Shown piece after piece: positions 32,824-39,813 of a stretch of 44,497 nt of DNA. A program made the translations under genes and the position numbers. The notes under the pieces are model-generated. The model searched no databases and was not told where the DNA came from. It was given only the letters and a program-made list of their open reading frames with translations. The number at the start of each line of letters is the position of its first letter. Position 1 is the first letter of the stretch. The stretch comes from Burkholderiaceae bacterium (lineage in GTDB: Bacteria; Pseudomonadota; Gammaproteobacteria; Burkholderiales; Burkholderiaceae_F). Location of the stretch: positions 1 to 44,497 of the forward strand of contig DATLZG010000062.1 of the NCBI GenBank assembly GCA_035574095.1, read 5' to 3'.

Positions 32824-33993
32824 TCATTTCTGCTCCCGCAACACCGTCAAATTCCCGCGCACGCGTACCGGTATCCCGCCGACGACGTAATACTGCCGCA
32901 TCGCCTCGGTCTTGTGGCCGCCCTTGTTCGTTGCCGCGCCGACGAGGCGCGCCTCGTCGGTGAGCCCTTTCTTGCGCAGGTCGCGCGGCTGGTAGCGGCC
33001 GGCCAGCCCGGCCGCGGCCGCGGCCTCGGCAAAGCGGCGCGACAAGTAATCACGATTTATCGGCCGACCGACGTCGCGCCGGCGGCTGCCCTTCGGGAAT
33101 ACCACGAAGTACGGGCTCACGATCCCCTGGTCCTTCTTCCACTGGCGGAACCAGGCGAGCGTCGCCTCGATGCCGCCCGCGGTGCCGATGCGGTCGCGAA
33201 TCTCGACCGCCTGCTCGTTCTTCGTCGGCATGAATGAGACGACAACGTCGTCGCCCTCGTAGCGGATCCCGGGCGGCTCGTCTTTCAGCCGCAGCACGTC
33301 GCTTGGACGGTGCGAGATCAGGTAGATCAAGTCGCACGCGCGCGCTAGCCATTCGGGCAGCTTGTCCGTGATCGCGAGATAGTGATCCATCGGGACGTAC
33401 ACCATGCGCCGCCCAGTCGCCTGGCGGTCGACGTCGGCGATCGGGTTGGCGTCGAGGAGGCCTTCGGCGACGAGGTCTTGGCACAGGCGTGACAACACGG
33501 CCTTCTGGTAATTGTAGTAATTGGGCGAGCCGATCCAGCGCGCGAGGTACTGACGCAGGTGGCGCGTCGTCAGTCCTCCGACGGCGAGCGTCTGGAACGG
33601 TTCCCAGGCCTCGACGTGGTGCGCGAGCATCCGGCCGTAGTCGTCGCGCGTCTTCGGCGCGAGCGCTTTGCCGCCGCGCTTGGCGAGGAGTTTCGGCAGC
33701 CGCTCCTCGCGCCATTGTTTTGCGTACTGCGCGACGGTCAGGACATCGCCGCCACTGGCCGCTGTCTCGAGCTTGCCGAGAAGCTGCTCGGCTGCGGCCG
33801 CGGTCTGGGCGGCGTCCCACTTCGCGCGAAACGCCCAATAGATTTCAAGCGCGCGCTGACGCTCGCGGATCCCGTCGAGCGTGACAGCTTTCTTCATGCC
33901 GGCGAGCTTAATGTAGGCGTCGCGGCCGGCGTAGATGTAGAGCCCGGGCGGGAGGTCTTTTTGTCCGTCGTCGCGTGGGCGGCCCATGCTCAT
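32824..33993 (-). CDS. int: tyrosine integrase
   Basis: 389 aa. The SHRPSDVLRL (Arg) and GGHKTEAMRQYYV (His...Tyr) regions look like tyrosine-recombinase motifs. Adjacent to xis and the tRNA fragment. Confidence 0.85.
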   Translation of the reverse strand: MSMGRPRDDGQKDLPPGLYIYAGRDAYIKLAGMKKAVTLDGIRERQRALEIYWAFRAKWDAAQTAAAAEQLLGKLETAASGGDVLTVAQYAKQWREERLPKLLAKRGGKALAPKTRDDYGRMLAHHVEAWEPFQTLAVGGLTTRHLRQYLARWIGSPNYYNYQKAVLSRLCQDLVAEGLLDANPIADVDRQATGRRMVYVPMDHYLAITDKLPEWLARACDLIYLISHRPSDVLRLKDEPPGIRYEGDDVVVSFMPTKNEQAVEIRDRIGTAGGIEATLAWFRQWKKDQGIVSPYFVVFPKGSRRRDVGRPINRDYLSRRFAEAAAAAGLAGRYQPRDLRKKGLTDEARLVGAATNKGGHKTEAMRQYYVVGGIPVRVRGNLTVLREQK

Positions 33994-34229
33994 CAGTGTG
34001 CCCCCGGAGCCCGTAAGCCGGCAAGGATCGCCCGGGCAAGGGCGTCCGGGTCCTGTCCCCCCGCGGGTTTAGCGGGCTGCACCAGCGCGTCGAGGTCCAC
34101 GAACCACTTGCCGCCGATCTTGCGCGCCGGCAGGACCTGGTTGCGGCACCAGCGACGCAGCTCATCCGGCGGCCGCGGTGCGCTCCGAAAGCAGATTTTG
34201 TTGAGGTCGTCGAGGGGGACGAGGTTCAT
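33993..34229 (-). CDS. xis: excisionase / AlpA-like HTH protein (78 aa)
   Basis: MNLVPLDDLNKICF...RNQVLPARKIGGKWFVDLDAL matches the excisionase-family HTH. ATGA overlap with the int start. Confidence 0.7.
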   Translation of the reverse strand: MNLVPLDDLNKICFRSAPRPPDELRRWCRNQVLPARKIGGKWFVDLDALVQPAKPAGGQDPDALARAILAGLRAPGAH

Positions 34230-34465
34230 GATGGAGACACCCCAGCAGCCTGGCGCGTGTTCACGGATTCCGCCCCCCCCGACGATCGCGCGCAGCGCCA
34301 AGTACCAAGTCTGGAAACGTGGGCGCGTCGAGAATTTCGACCCGGTGAACCGCTGGCCGTGGGACCTATTGCCGAGCTGCCGTCGTTCGCGATTGTAGCG
34401 ACCCCGAGCACGTGGTTGCGGGACGGGTAAATGGCGCTCACGAGCTCGATGGTGACGAGGATCAT
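34226..34465 (-). CDS. hypothetical ORF (79 aa), possibly frameshifted
   Basis: ATGA overlaps at both ends. GC3 bias supports this frame only for about the first 31 codons, then moves to the xis frame. Confidence 0.3.
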   Translation of the reverse strand: MILVTIELVSAIYPSRNHVLGVATIANDGSSAIGPTASGSPGRNSRRAHVSRLGTWRCARSSGGAESVNTRQAAGVSPS

Positions 34466-34728
34466 CAGTGTCCGCCGCACTGCAAACAGGTGTCGCGGCC
34501 ATCTACCTTAAGTACGGCATTGCGCCCGCAGCGACGGCAGCGGCGGGTGTCGTGGTGGAATTTGTCGATCGACATGATGAACTCGCGCGCTTGCGTCCAG
34601 GCCTCGCGCCAGCCCATGCGGTGACCGGGATAGACGAGCATAACCTTGCGCGTGCGCATGTCGAACCGGTAGAGCGGCGACCAGCGCAGGCCGTAGAGAC
34701 CGATGGCGGTGAGGAGGTGGCGGATCAT
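34465..34728 (-). CDS. zinc-ribbon protein (87 aa)
   Basis: C-terminal CRRCG...CLQCG; good GC3. Confidence 0.6.
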   Translation of the reverse strand: MIRHLLTAIGLYGLRWSPLYRFDMRTRKVMLVYPGHRMGWREAWTQAREFIMSIDKFHHDTRRCRRCGRNAVLKVDGRDTCLQCGGH

Positions 34729-34755
34729 GACACCGGGTTACGAGTCGTCGTACGG

Positions 34756-34938
34756 CTAGCCGATCTCCTTCAAGCACCGCACCAAACGCAGCGTCTCGAG
34801 CACCGAGCCGAGGCAAGCGACCCGGCGGTCGGCCTCGGCTGGCGAGATCCGCCCGTCCTTAACCCACTTCGGGTAAACGCGTTTGCGCGTTTCGAGTTCG
34901 CGCTCGATTTCGATAATTTGTTCGGTGATGGTGGCCAT
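34756..34938 (-). CDS. hypothetical protein (60 aa)
   Basis: Track ORF, tightly packed in the operon. Confidence 0.55.
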   Translation of the reverse strand: MATITEQIIEIERELETRKRVYPKWVKDGRISPAEADRRVACLGSVLETLRLVRCLKEIG

Positions 34939-34939
34939 A

Positions 34940-35209
34940 TTAATGCGGCCACAAAATCGCCGGCCGCTCGTACGTGAGGTCGCGCACCGGCAGGATCGTG
35001 ACCTCGAATTTGTAATCGGATGCCGAGCCGCGCACCTGGCGCACGAGGTCCTCGGCGGTAGTGCGGTTCACCATCTGCGCCGCGAGCCCGCGGTTCTGCA
35101 CGTTTTGCACCGGCTCGAAGCCGGCCACCCCGCACCAGACGTACAGGCCGCCGTTCTGGCGGTGGGTGCCGATGACGAGGAAGCGGTTGGGCGGGTCGTT
35201 AAGCGCCAT
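34940..35209 (-). CDS. hypothetical protein (89 aa)
   Basis: Track ORF. Confidence 0.55.
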   Translation of the reverse strand: MALNDPPNRFLVIGTHRQNGGLYVWCGVAGFEPVQNVQNRGLAAQMVNRTTAEDLVRQVRGSASDYKFEVTILPVRDLTYERPAILWPH

Positions 35210-35217
35210 GGCGGACC

Positions 35218-35328
35218 TTAGAGCACCTCTTCGCCGACAAAGTCGAAAAGCTTCTCCTTAGCGCCTTCTTCGTCCTTGGCCTTGAAGTAAAGCGTGTCGC
35301 CATGGGCTTCAATCTTAAATATTTTCAT
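35218..35328 (-). CDS. small acidic protein (36 aa), not in ORF track
   Basis: MKIFKIEAHGDTLYFKAKDEEGAKEKLFDFVGEEVL. GGAGGA sits 6 nt before the ATG. Overlaps the csrA-like 3' end by 14 nt. Confidence 0.45.
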   Translation of the reverse strand: MKIFKIEAHGDTLYFKAKDEEGAKEKLFDFVGEEVL

Positions 35329-35494
35329 GATTTTCCTCCGATGTGGGCGGCAGGTTCTCGCCGCGTTGGATGGATACGTCGGGAGGCGCCTCGATGCCGA
35401 GTCGCACGATGGCGCCGCGCACGTACACCACCTGCACCGTGATGTCGCCGTCGATGACGATGGTTTCGCCGATGCGCCGCGTGATGAACAGCAT
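35315..35494 (-). CDS. csrA: CsrA/RsmA-family RNA-binding translational regulator (59 aa), not in ORF track
   Basis: MLFITRRIGETIVIDGDITVQVVYVRGAIVRLGIEAPPDVSIQRGENLPPTSEENHENI. About 23 of the first 48 residues are identical to E. coli CsrA by hand alignment (MLxxTRRxGET, VRxG, AP, VS, R44). GGGAGG lies 5 nt upstream. Confidence 0.85.
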   Translation of the reverse strand: MLFITRRIGETIVIDGDITVQVVYVRGAIVRLGIEAPPDVSIQRGENLPPTSEENHENI

Positions 35495-35508
35495 CGAGGC
35501 CTCCCGGA

Positions 35509-35721
35509 TCAGACGACCACGCGCACGTGCCCGTACCGCGCCGTGAGCGGCGGCAGACCGGTGCGCCGGCGCCAGGCGCGTGCCGCGCCGCGCTCGCGTT
35601 TGATCTGCCGTAGCGAGCGCGCGAGGCGGACCGCGCCGTGCGGAGTCAGCACCCGCACGAGCTGCGCGCCGTCGTACGTGGCCGGTTGATCGTCGATGGT
35701 GTGCATGTAGTACCTGTTCAC
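35509..35721 (-). CDS. hypothetical protein (70 aa)
   Basis: GTG start with AGGAGGG 4 nt upstream; high GC3. Confidence 0.6.
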   Translation of the reverse strand: MNRYYMHTIDDQPATYDGAQLVRVLTPHGAVRLARSLRQIKRERGAARAWRRRTGLPPLTARYGHVRVVV

Positions 35722-35754
35722 GATTCCCTCCTGTGCGTTCCCGGAGGGCTATTG

Positions 35755-36708
35755 TCAGATGATTTCCGGCGGCGGCGTTTGCTTCTCGGACGGCGGTTCC
35801 TCCGGCGGCGGCTCCGCGGCCGGATGCCCGGGCGGTGGATCGGTAACCGCGCCGGCCTGCTTGTCGACGACCTGCTGCAACCGCCGCGGGCGCTTGGGCT
35901 TGTCGGTGGCGGGCGCGGCCGGCTCGACCTGCGCGGCGCCCATGTCGCGCGCCTTGTTGAGGTTGTAGAGTTCGTCGTCGCGCTCGATGACGCGGCGGAT
36001 TTCATCCTCTTTGTCGGTCGACATGGGCAGGCGTTTTGAGAGGCGGCGGATCGCCGACTTGCGCGCCATTTCCGGCCACCAGTCCTCCCAGGGGCCGACC
36101 GGATTGCCGTCCTTGTCTTTGTTCGTGGACATCGCCATGACGTTGCGGATCTGCTCAAGCGTCATTACCTCGATGTACACCTCGCCGCCTTTCGTCTTCG
36201 CGAGCGCGTACACGAGCCGCGGTTGGCCGCGCTCGCCGTCGAGGAGCGGGCGGTGCGTGATGTGCTCGCCCTCGTCGTCGACCCAATAGCTGAACGTGTC
36301 TTTGTCATAGACGACGTTGGCCGTCAGCATCGCAAGTTCGCCGCTGTTGCGTACTTTTTTCGCGATGCCCCACACCATCGGCATGTAGCGCGCGACCTTG
36401 ATCCATTTGTCGCCCACCTTCTTGTTGGCGTCGATTAGTGCGGCCTCGCGTCCGTCCGGCACGAGGCCGTCCTGGGCGCACTTGACGCACTCCTGGTAGA
36501 GTGAGGCACGGTCGACGTTTTGCAGGCGCGGATTCTGCATGATCGCGGTGACGGCCACGCGGCGAAACTTGTCGACGCTGATGTGCGCGGGCAGCGCGGC
36601 TCTGAGCTGCTCGGCCATCGCCGGGCTCATCAAGACGCTGCGGATTTCCTCTATTGGTTTTAACTGCTTGCCGGGTTGCGCCGCCGGCGCGGGTTTCGTG
36701 TCGTTCAT
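35755..36708 (-). CDS. recT: RecT-family single-strand annealing protein
   Basis: 317 aa. The motifs SLYQECVKCAQDGLVPDG.EA and AMSTN...GPWEDWWPEMARKSAIRRLSKRLP are RecT-like. AGGAGA RBS. Paired with a YqaJ exonuclease. Confidence 0.85.
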   Translation of the reverse strand: MNDTKPAPAAQPGKQLKPIEEIRSVLMSPAMAEQLRAALPAHISVDKFRRVAVTAIMQNPRLQNVDRASLYQECVKCAQDGLVPDGREAALIDANKKVGDKWIKVARYMPMVWGIAKKVRNSGELAMLTANVVYDKDTFSYWVDDEGEHITHRPLLDGERGQPRLVYALAKTKGGEVYIEVMTLEQIRNVMAMSTNKDKDGNPVGPWEDWWPEMARKSAIRRLSKRLPMSTDKEDEIRRVIERDDELYNLNKARDMGAAQVEPAAPATDKPKRPRRLQQVVDKQAGAVTDPPPGHPAAEPPPEEPPSEKQTPPPEII

Positions 36709-36789
36709 GAGTTTCTCCTATGCAAAATGTCTGTCGTGGATCTGCTCGATCTTCTCGACCTGATTGGCGGTGAGGTCGGTGGTGACGTG

Positions 36790-37062
36790 CTAGGCATCGC
36801 GGTTGCCCTCCACAGGCGGCCCTGGCGGGTAGGGATTCACGCCGATCAACTCGACATCGCCGGTGATGACGGTGCGCATCGCGTCCTGCATAAGGCTCGT
36901 GAACCGCGCGGCGAGCGCCCTGTCGGACTCGCACGCGGCGCGGCGAATCGAGCCGAGCAGGGTGGCGCCGATCATCGTATTCGGTTGCGCGATGTAGGCG
37001 CTAATCCAGAGGCCTTCAGTGCGGATCGCGAGGCGCAGCGAATGGGCGGATTGGTTGCTCAT
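36790..37062 (-). CDS. hypothetical protein (90 aa)
   Basis: Internal ATG of track ORF 36790..37149, 2 nt after the upstream stop. Its TAG stop is followed by 23 in-frame sense codons. Confidence 0.5.
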   Translation of the reverse strand: MSNQSAHSLRLAIRTEGLWISAYIAQPNTMIGATLLGSIRRAACESDRALAARFTSLMQDAMRTVITGDVELIGVNPYPPGPPVEGNRDA

Positions 37063-37064
37063 GA

Positions 37065-37253
37065 TCAGCGGCAGACCGTGACGTCGGCACGCACCTCGCA
37101 GCGCGGCTGCGTGTTGAGCCAAATAGCGAGACCGACGGCGCCGAGGCACAGTATGGCCACCACGATCGCGATAGCAATCGCGTCCAGTTGGCTCCGCCGG
37201 CGCTGCTCGATGGGGCGCCAGCCGGGGTGGTCGCCAAAGGTTCTGATCTTCAC
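37065..37253 (-). CDS. small membrane protein (62 aa)
   Basis: TM segment AIAIAIVVAILCLGAVGLAIW; ATGA-type overlap with the exonuclease. Confidence 0.55.
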   Translation of the reverse strand: MKIRTFGDHPGWRPIEQRRRSQLDAIAIAIVVAILCLGAVGLAIWLNTQPRCEVRADVTVCR

Positions 37254-38239
37254 GCTGCCTCCTTGCCCTTCTTCGGCGTGATCTTGAAGTTGCGGTACCC
37301 CTCGCGCGTGTACTTAACCTCCGCGGGGCCGACGAGGCCGCACGAGATCGTGAACCCCTCGGCGATCACCTTCTCGGCATCGCCGATCAGCGTCAGCAGC
37401 TCGGCCTTGCGCGCCTGCTTCTCCTCGCGCGCGTTTTTCTCCGTGTCCGCCCACTGTGTGTATTGCGCGCACAGTGATGTGATGCGCTCATCACCGCGCG
37501 CGTCGAGCACTTTGCCGGGCTCGGCGAACCCGTAGAGCTTGGCGATGACGTTGGCGTCGAGTTTGAAATCCGGCGCCGGTTCGACGCCCGCAGTGACGCC
37601 GCGCCAAAATTCGTCCACCAGCGTGACGAGCTTCCGGCCGACCTCGCGATCGCGCCGGCGCGGCACCACAATCGGCCGATTGCCGCCGACTAGGGCCGCG
37701 ATCACGCCCCATTCGCGGTTGACGCATTCGAGTTGGTGCTGGAGTTGCACCTCGATATACACCGGGGCCTCGATCGAAACGGCGCCGTCGTCGTTTTTTT
37801 CGACGAGCCAGTCCTTGAGAAATACGAGCGCGTCGACGTTCTTGATCTCGAGCACGCCGGGGCCGTGGTCTTCGTAGAGATCGACGAGCTCGCTGATATA
37901 GGCGTTACGCCCGACACTGTCGATACCGACGATCTCGTAGTCGAACGAAGATCCCATGCGGCAGTCGTCATGGCGCGCATAATAGGAGGCACGCCTGACC
38001 TTGACGGCGTAGTCCTCGCCGACGCCGCGCGCGATCGCCTCCTCGAGGCGCGTGCCCCACTTGGTGCGTTCGGTGGCCTCGAACGCGACGTCGTAGCGGC
38101 CGGCCTTGCGCTGGTGCAGCTCGAACAGCGTGAGGCGCGGATGCAGGCCGAGTAGTGCGGCGGACTCAGTGCTGGTCACGTCCTGCGTGCGCAGGTCGAG
38201 CCAGTGCTGTTCGGATTCCGGGTAGATTATTTTCGGCAT
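37250..38239 (-). CDS. YqaJ-like (lambda Exo-type, PD-(D/E)XK) recombination exonuclease
   Basis: W..R....TSTESAALLG at the N-terminus, GSSFDYEI and VLEIKNVD core motifs, QLQHQ. Upstream partner of recT. Confidence 0.8.
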   Translation of the reverse strand: MPKIIYPESEQHWLDLRTQDVTSTESAALLGLHPRLTLFELHQRKAGRYDVAFEATERTKWGTRLEEAIARGVGEDYAVKVRRASYYARHDDCRMGSSFDYEIVGIDSVGRNAYISELVDLYEDHGPGVLEIKNVDALVFLKDWLVEKNDDGAVSIEAPVYIEVQLQHQLECVNREWGVIAALVGGNRPIVVPRRRDREVGRKLVTLVDEFWRGVTAGVEPAPDFKLDANVIAKLYGFAEPGKVLDARGDERITSLCAQYTQWADTEKNAREEKQARKAELLTLIGDAEKVIAEGFTISCGLVGPAEVKYTREGYRNFKITPKKGKEAA

Positions 38240-38280
38240 GGGTGGACTCCTGTCGGTTGCCTGACTTGCGGTATTAATTT

Positions 38281-38314
38281 GTTGAGCTTATCTCATCGTT
38301 GAGCTTATCTCATC
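38281..38314. promoter_or_regulatory. Two perfect tandem 17-bp operators GTTGAGCTTATCTCATC (OL-like)
   Basis: Copies at 38281-38297 and 38298-38314, between the cI stop and the start of the leftward early operon. Confidence 0.6.
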
Positions 38315-38351
38315 ATGGATAAAAGCGCAAGGGGCGCCGCGAACCGCTGTT

Positions 38352-38975
38352 TTACGGACGAATCCAGCGCACCGGCGCTGCCCAGTCTACTTTGCCAACG
38401 CAGAGCGGATGCCCGCCCAGCGCCGGCGCGACGGCGTACGTCATGCTGGACTCGCGCGCCAGGCGGCAGAGCCGCAGCGAGGCCTTGGTAGGCTTGGCGA
38501 TCACGAGCCGCCCGAGCAGGTCGCTCCCGATCCGGGTCGCCGGCCGGCCGGTGAAGAACACCCAGCCGTTAAGCGGCGTGAGCGGTCCGGACTCGGCAAT
38601 GCAGAGCAGCGCCAGGCCCTCGAGACTGAAGTCGGCCGGCGCGACAGTTTCGCCGACGGGCGGCTCTGATGACTTGGCCGTGAGATGCACAACCCCTTCG
38701 CCGTCAATATGGCCGGCGAGCGGTACGTGGAACTCAGCGACTCGGATCCCGGCGTGCCGGATCACCTCGATCAGTGAGACATTCAAGATCTCCGCGATGT
38801 ACTCGGCTTCGATGAGGCGCATCTCGCGCTTGCCGCTAAACGTGTGGTAAATCGACCAGACGTCGACCGCGAGCCGCCGACCGAGCTCGCACAGCGAGAT
38901 TCCGCGCTCCTTGAGGCGCTCCTCGAACCAGGTCTTGTCGACCTTGCCGGTGTCGTACTTCCGTTTGGTTGGCAT
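38352..38975 (-). CDS. cI-like repressor (207 aa): N-terminal HTH, C-terminal S24/LexA-like region (tentative)
   Basis: ISLCELGRRLAVDVWSIYHTFSGKR looks like an HTH. Divergent from the cro-like gene. ATG 38975 is chosen because an operator copy lies inside the longer form. Confidence 0.7.
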   Translation of the reverse strand: MPTKRKYDTGKVDKTWFEERLKERGISLCELGRRLAVDVWSIYHTFSGKREMRLIEAEYIAEILNVSLIEVIRHAGIRVAEFHVPLAGHIDGEGVVHLTAKSSEPPVGETVAPADFSLEGLALLCIAESGPLTPLNGWVFFTGRPATRIGSDLLGRLVIAKPTKASLRLCRLARESSMTYAVAPALGGHPLCVGKVDWAAPVRWIRP

Positions 38976-38986
38976 TTGCGGCGAGT

Positions 38987-39003
38987 GTTGATGAAATCTC
39001 ATC
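38987..39003. promoter_or_regulatory. Degenerate operator copy GTTGATGAAATCTCATC (13/17)
   Basis: Lies in the cI-cro intergenic region just upstream of the cI ATG. Confidence 0.4.
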
Positions 39004-39006
39004 ATC

Positions 39007-39035
39007 TTGCAACCGCACTTTCGTGCTGATAAAGT
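39007..39035 (+). promoter_or_regulatory. PR-like promoter TTGCAA-N17-TAAAGT
   Basis: Immediately followed by the operator at 39036-39052 and the cro-like ATG at 39066. Confidence 0.45.
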
Positions 39036-39052
39036 GTTGAGTTTATCTCATC
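39036..39052. promoter_or_regulatory. Operator GTTGAGTTTATCTCATC (16/17 to the OL copies)
   Basis: Abuts the -10 element of the rightward promoter. Confidence 0.6.
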
Positions 39053-39065
39053 ATCGATACCCGAC

Positions 39066-39329
39066 ATGGCAAAACCAAAAATGATCCGCCAGACCCCCGC
39101 CGAGGCGGTGATTGAGATTTTTGGCGGGGGGGCGGCCCTCGCGCAGCACCTGGGTTGCCACCGCACCCGAATTTACCGATGGACCATGCCGATCGATAAG
39201 CGCGGCACCGGCGGGCGGCTACCGGGCACGGTGCACGCGGATCTGCTCGCGCTCGCCGCGCGCCTCAAGAAGCCCGAGGTGACGCCCGAGCTGCTCATCA
39301 ACGGCCGGCTGGTTCGCGCGAAGCGATGA
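39066..39329 (+). CDS. Cro/Ner-like HTH regulator (87 aa)
   Basis: GGAALAQHLGCHRTRIYRW looks like an HTH. Divergent from cI. Confidence 0.6.
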   Translation: MAKPKMIRQTPAEAVIEIFGGGAALAQHLGCHRTRIYRWTMPIDKRGTGGRLPGTVHADLLALAARLKKPEVTPELLINGRLVRAKR

Positions 39330-39532
39330 CTTACGGATTAATCAACGGCCGCGGCGAGTGGCTCGCCTACCGGCACCGCGAGTACGGGATGCGGTTCGCT
39401 GCGTCGCCGCGCCTCGCGCGCATGTATGCGACGGAACGCAACGCGAAGATCGCGTGCGGCGTGTATCGCTACCTCGACCCGCTCCGCGAGTTGTCCGTTT
39501 CCCCGCTCAATGCGGAGGCGTGCCGCCGGTGA
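39326..39532 (+). CDS. hypothetical protein (68 aa)
   Basis: ATGA overlap. Confidence 0.5.
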   Translation: MTYGLINGRGEWLAYRHREYGMRFAASPRLARMYATERNAKIACGVYRYLDPLRELSVSPLNAEACRR

Positions 39533-39813
39533 CCATTCCATACCGCTGCACGCATAACGGCTGCCGTGCCCGCGTAACCTTGCGGCGACCAAGGATTCTG
39601 TACGTGCGGCCGCCGCGGTGCCCGTGGTGTGGTCGCACGCTCACCGGCCGACCCGACCGAGCGATGCGCCGGCGCGACAAGCGGCGCACGTGCCGCTGCG
39701 GCGGGCTCGCGTTCCCGCACCGCCGCGGCTCGAAGTGGTGCGACCACTACGCCGGGCGGTACAGCGACGCGGATTACGAGGCGCGGTACCGCGCGGCGCC
39801 GGTGCCGCGATGA
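39529..39813 (+). CDS. Cys-rich zinc-finger protein (94 aa)
   Basis: GTGA overlap. Contains CTHNGC, CPWCG, CRCGG and H..WCDH. Confidence 0.5.
   Translation: MTIPYRCTHNGCRARVTLRRPRILYVRPPRCPWCGRTLTGRPDRAMRRRDKRRTCRCGGLAFPHRRGSKWCDHYAGRYSDADYEARYRAAPVPR

Noticed and set aside
38976-39005. Longer cI form starting MMRFHQHSPQ
   Set aside because: An operator-like copy (38987-39003) lies inside this extension, and the next ATG (38975, MPTKRKY) leaves it in the intergenic region. The choice is not certain.
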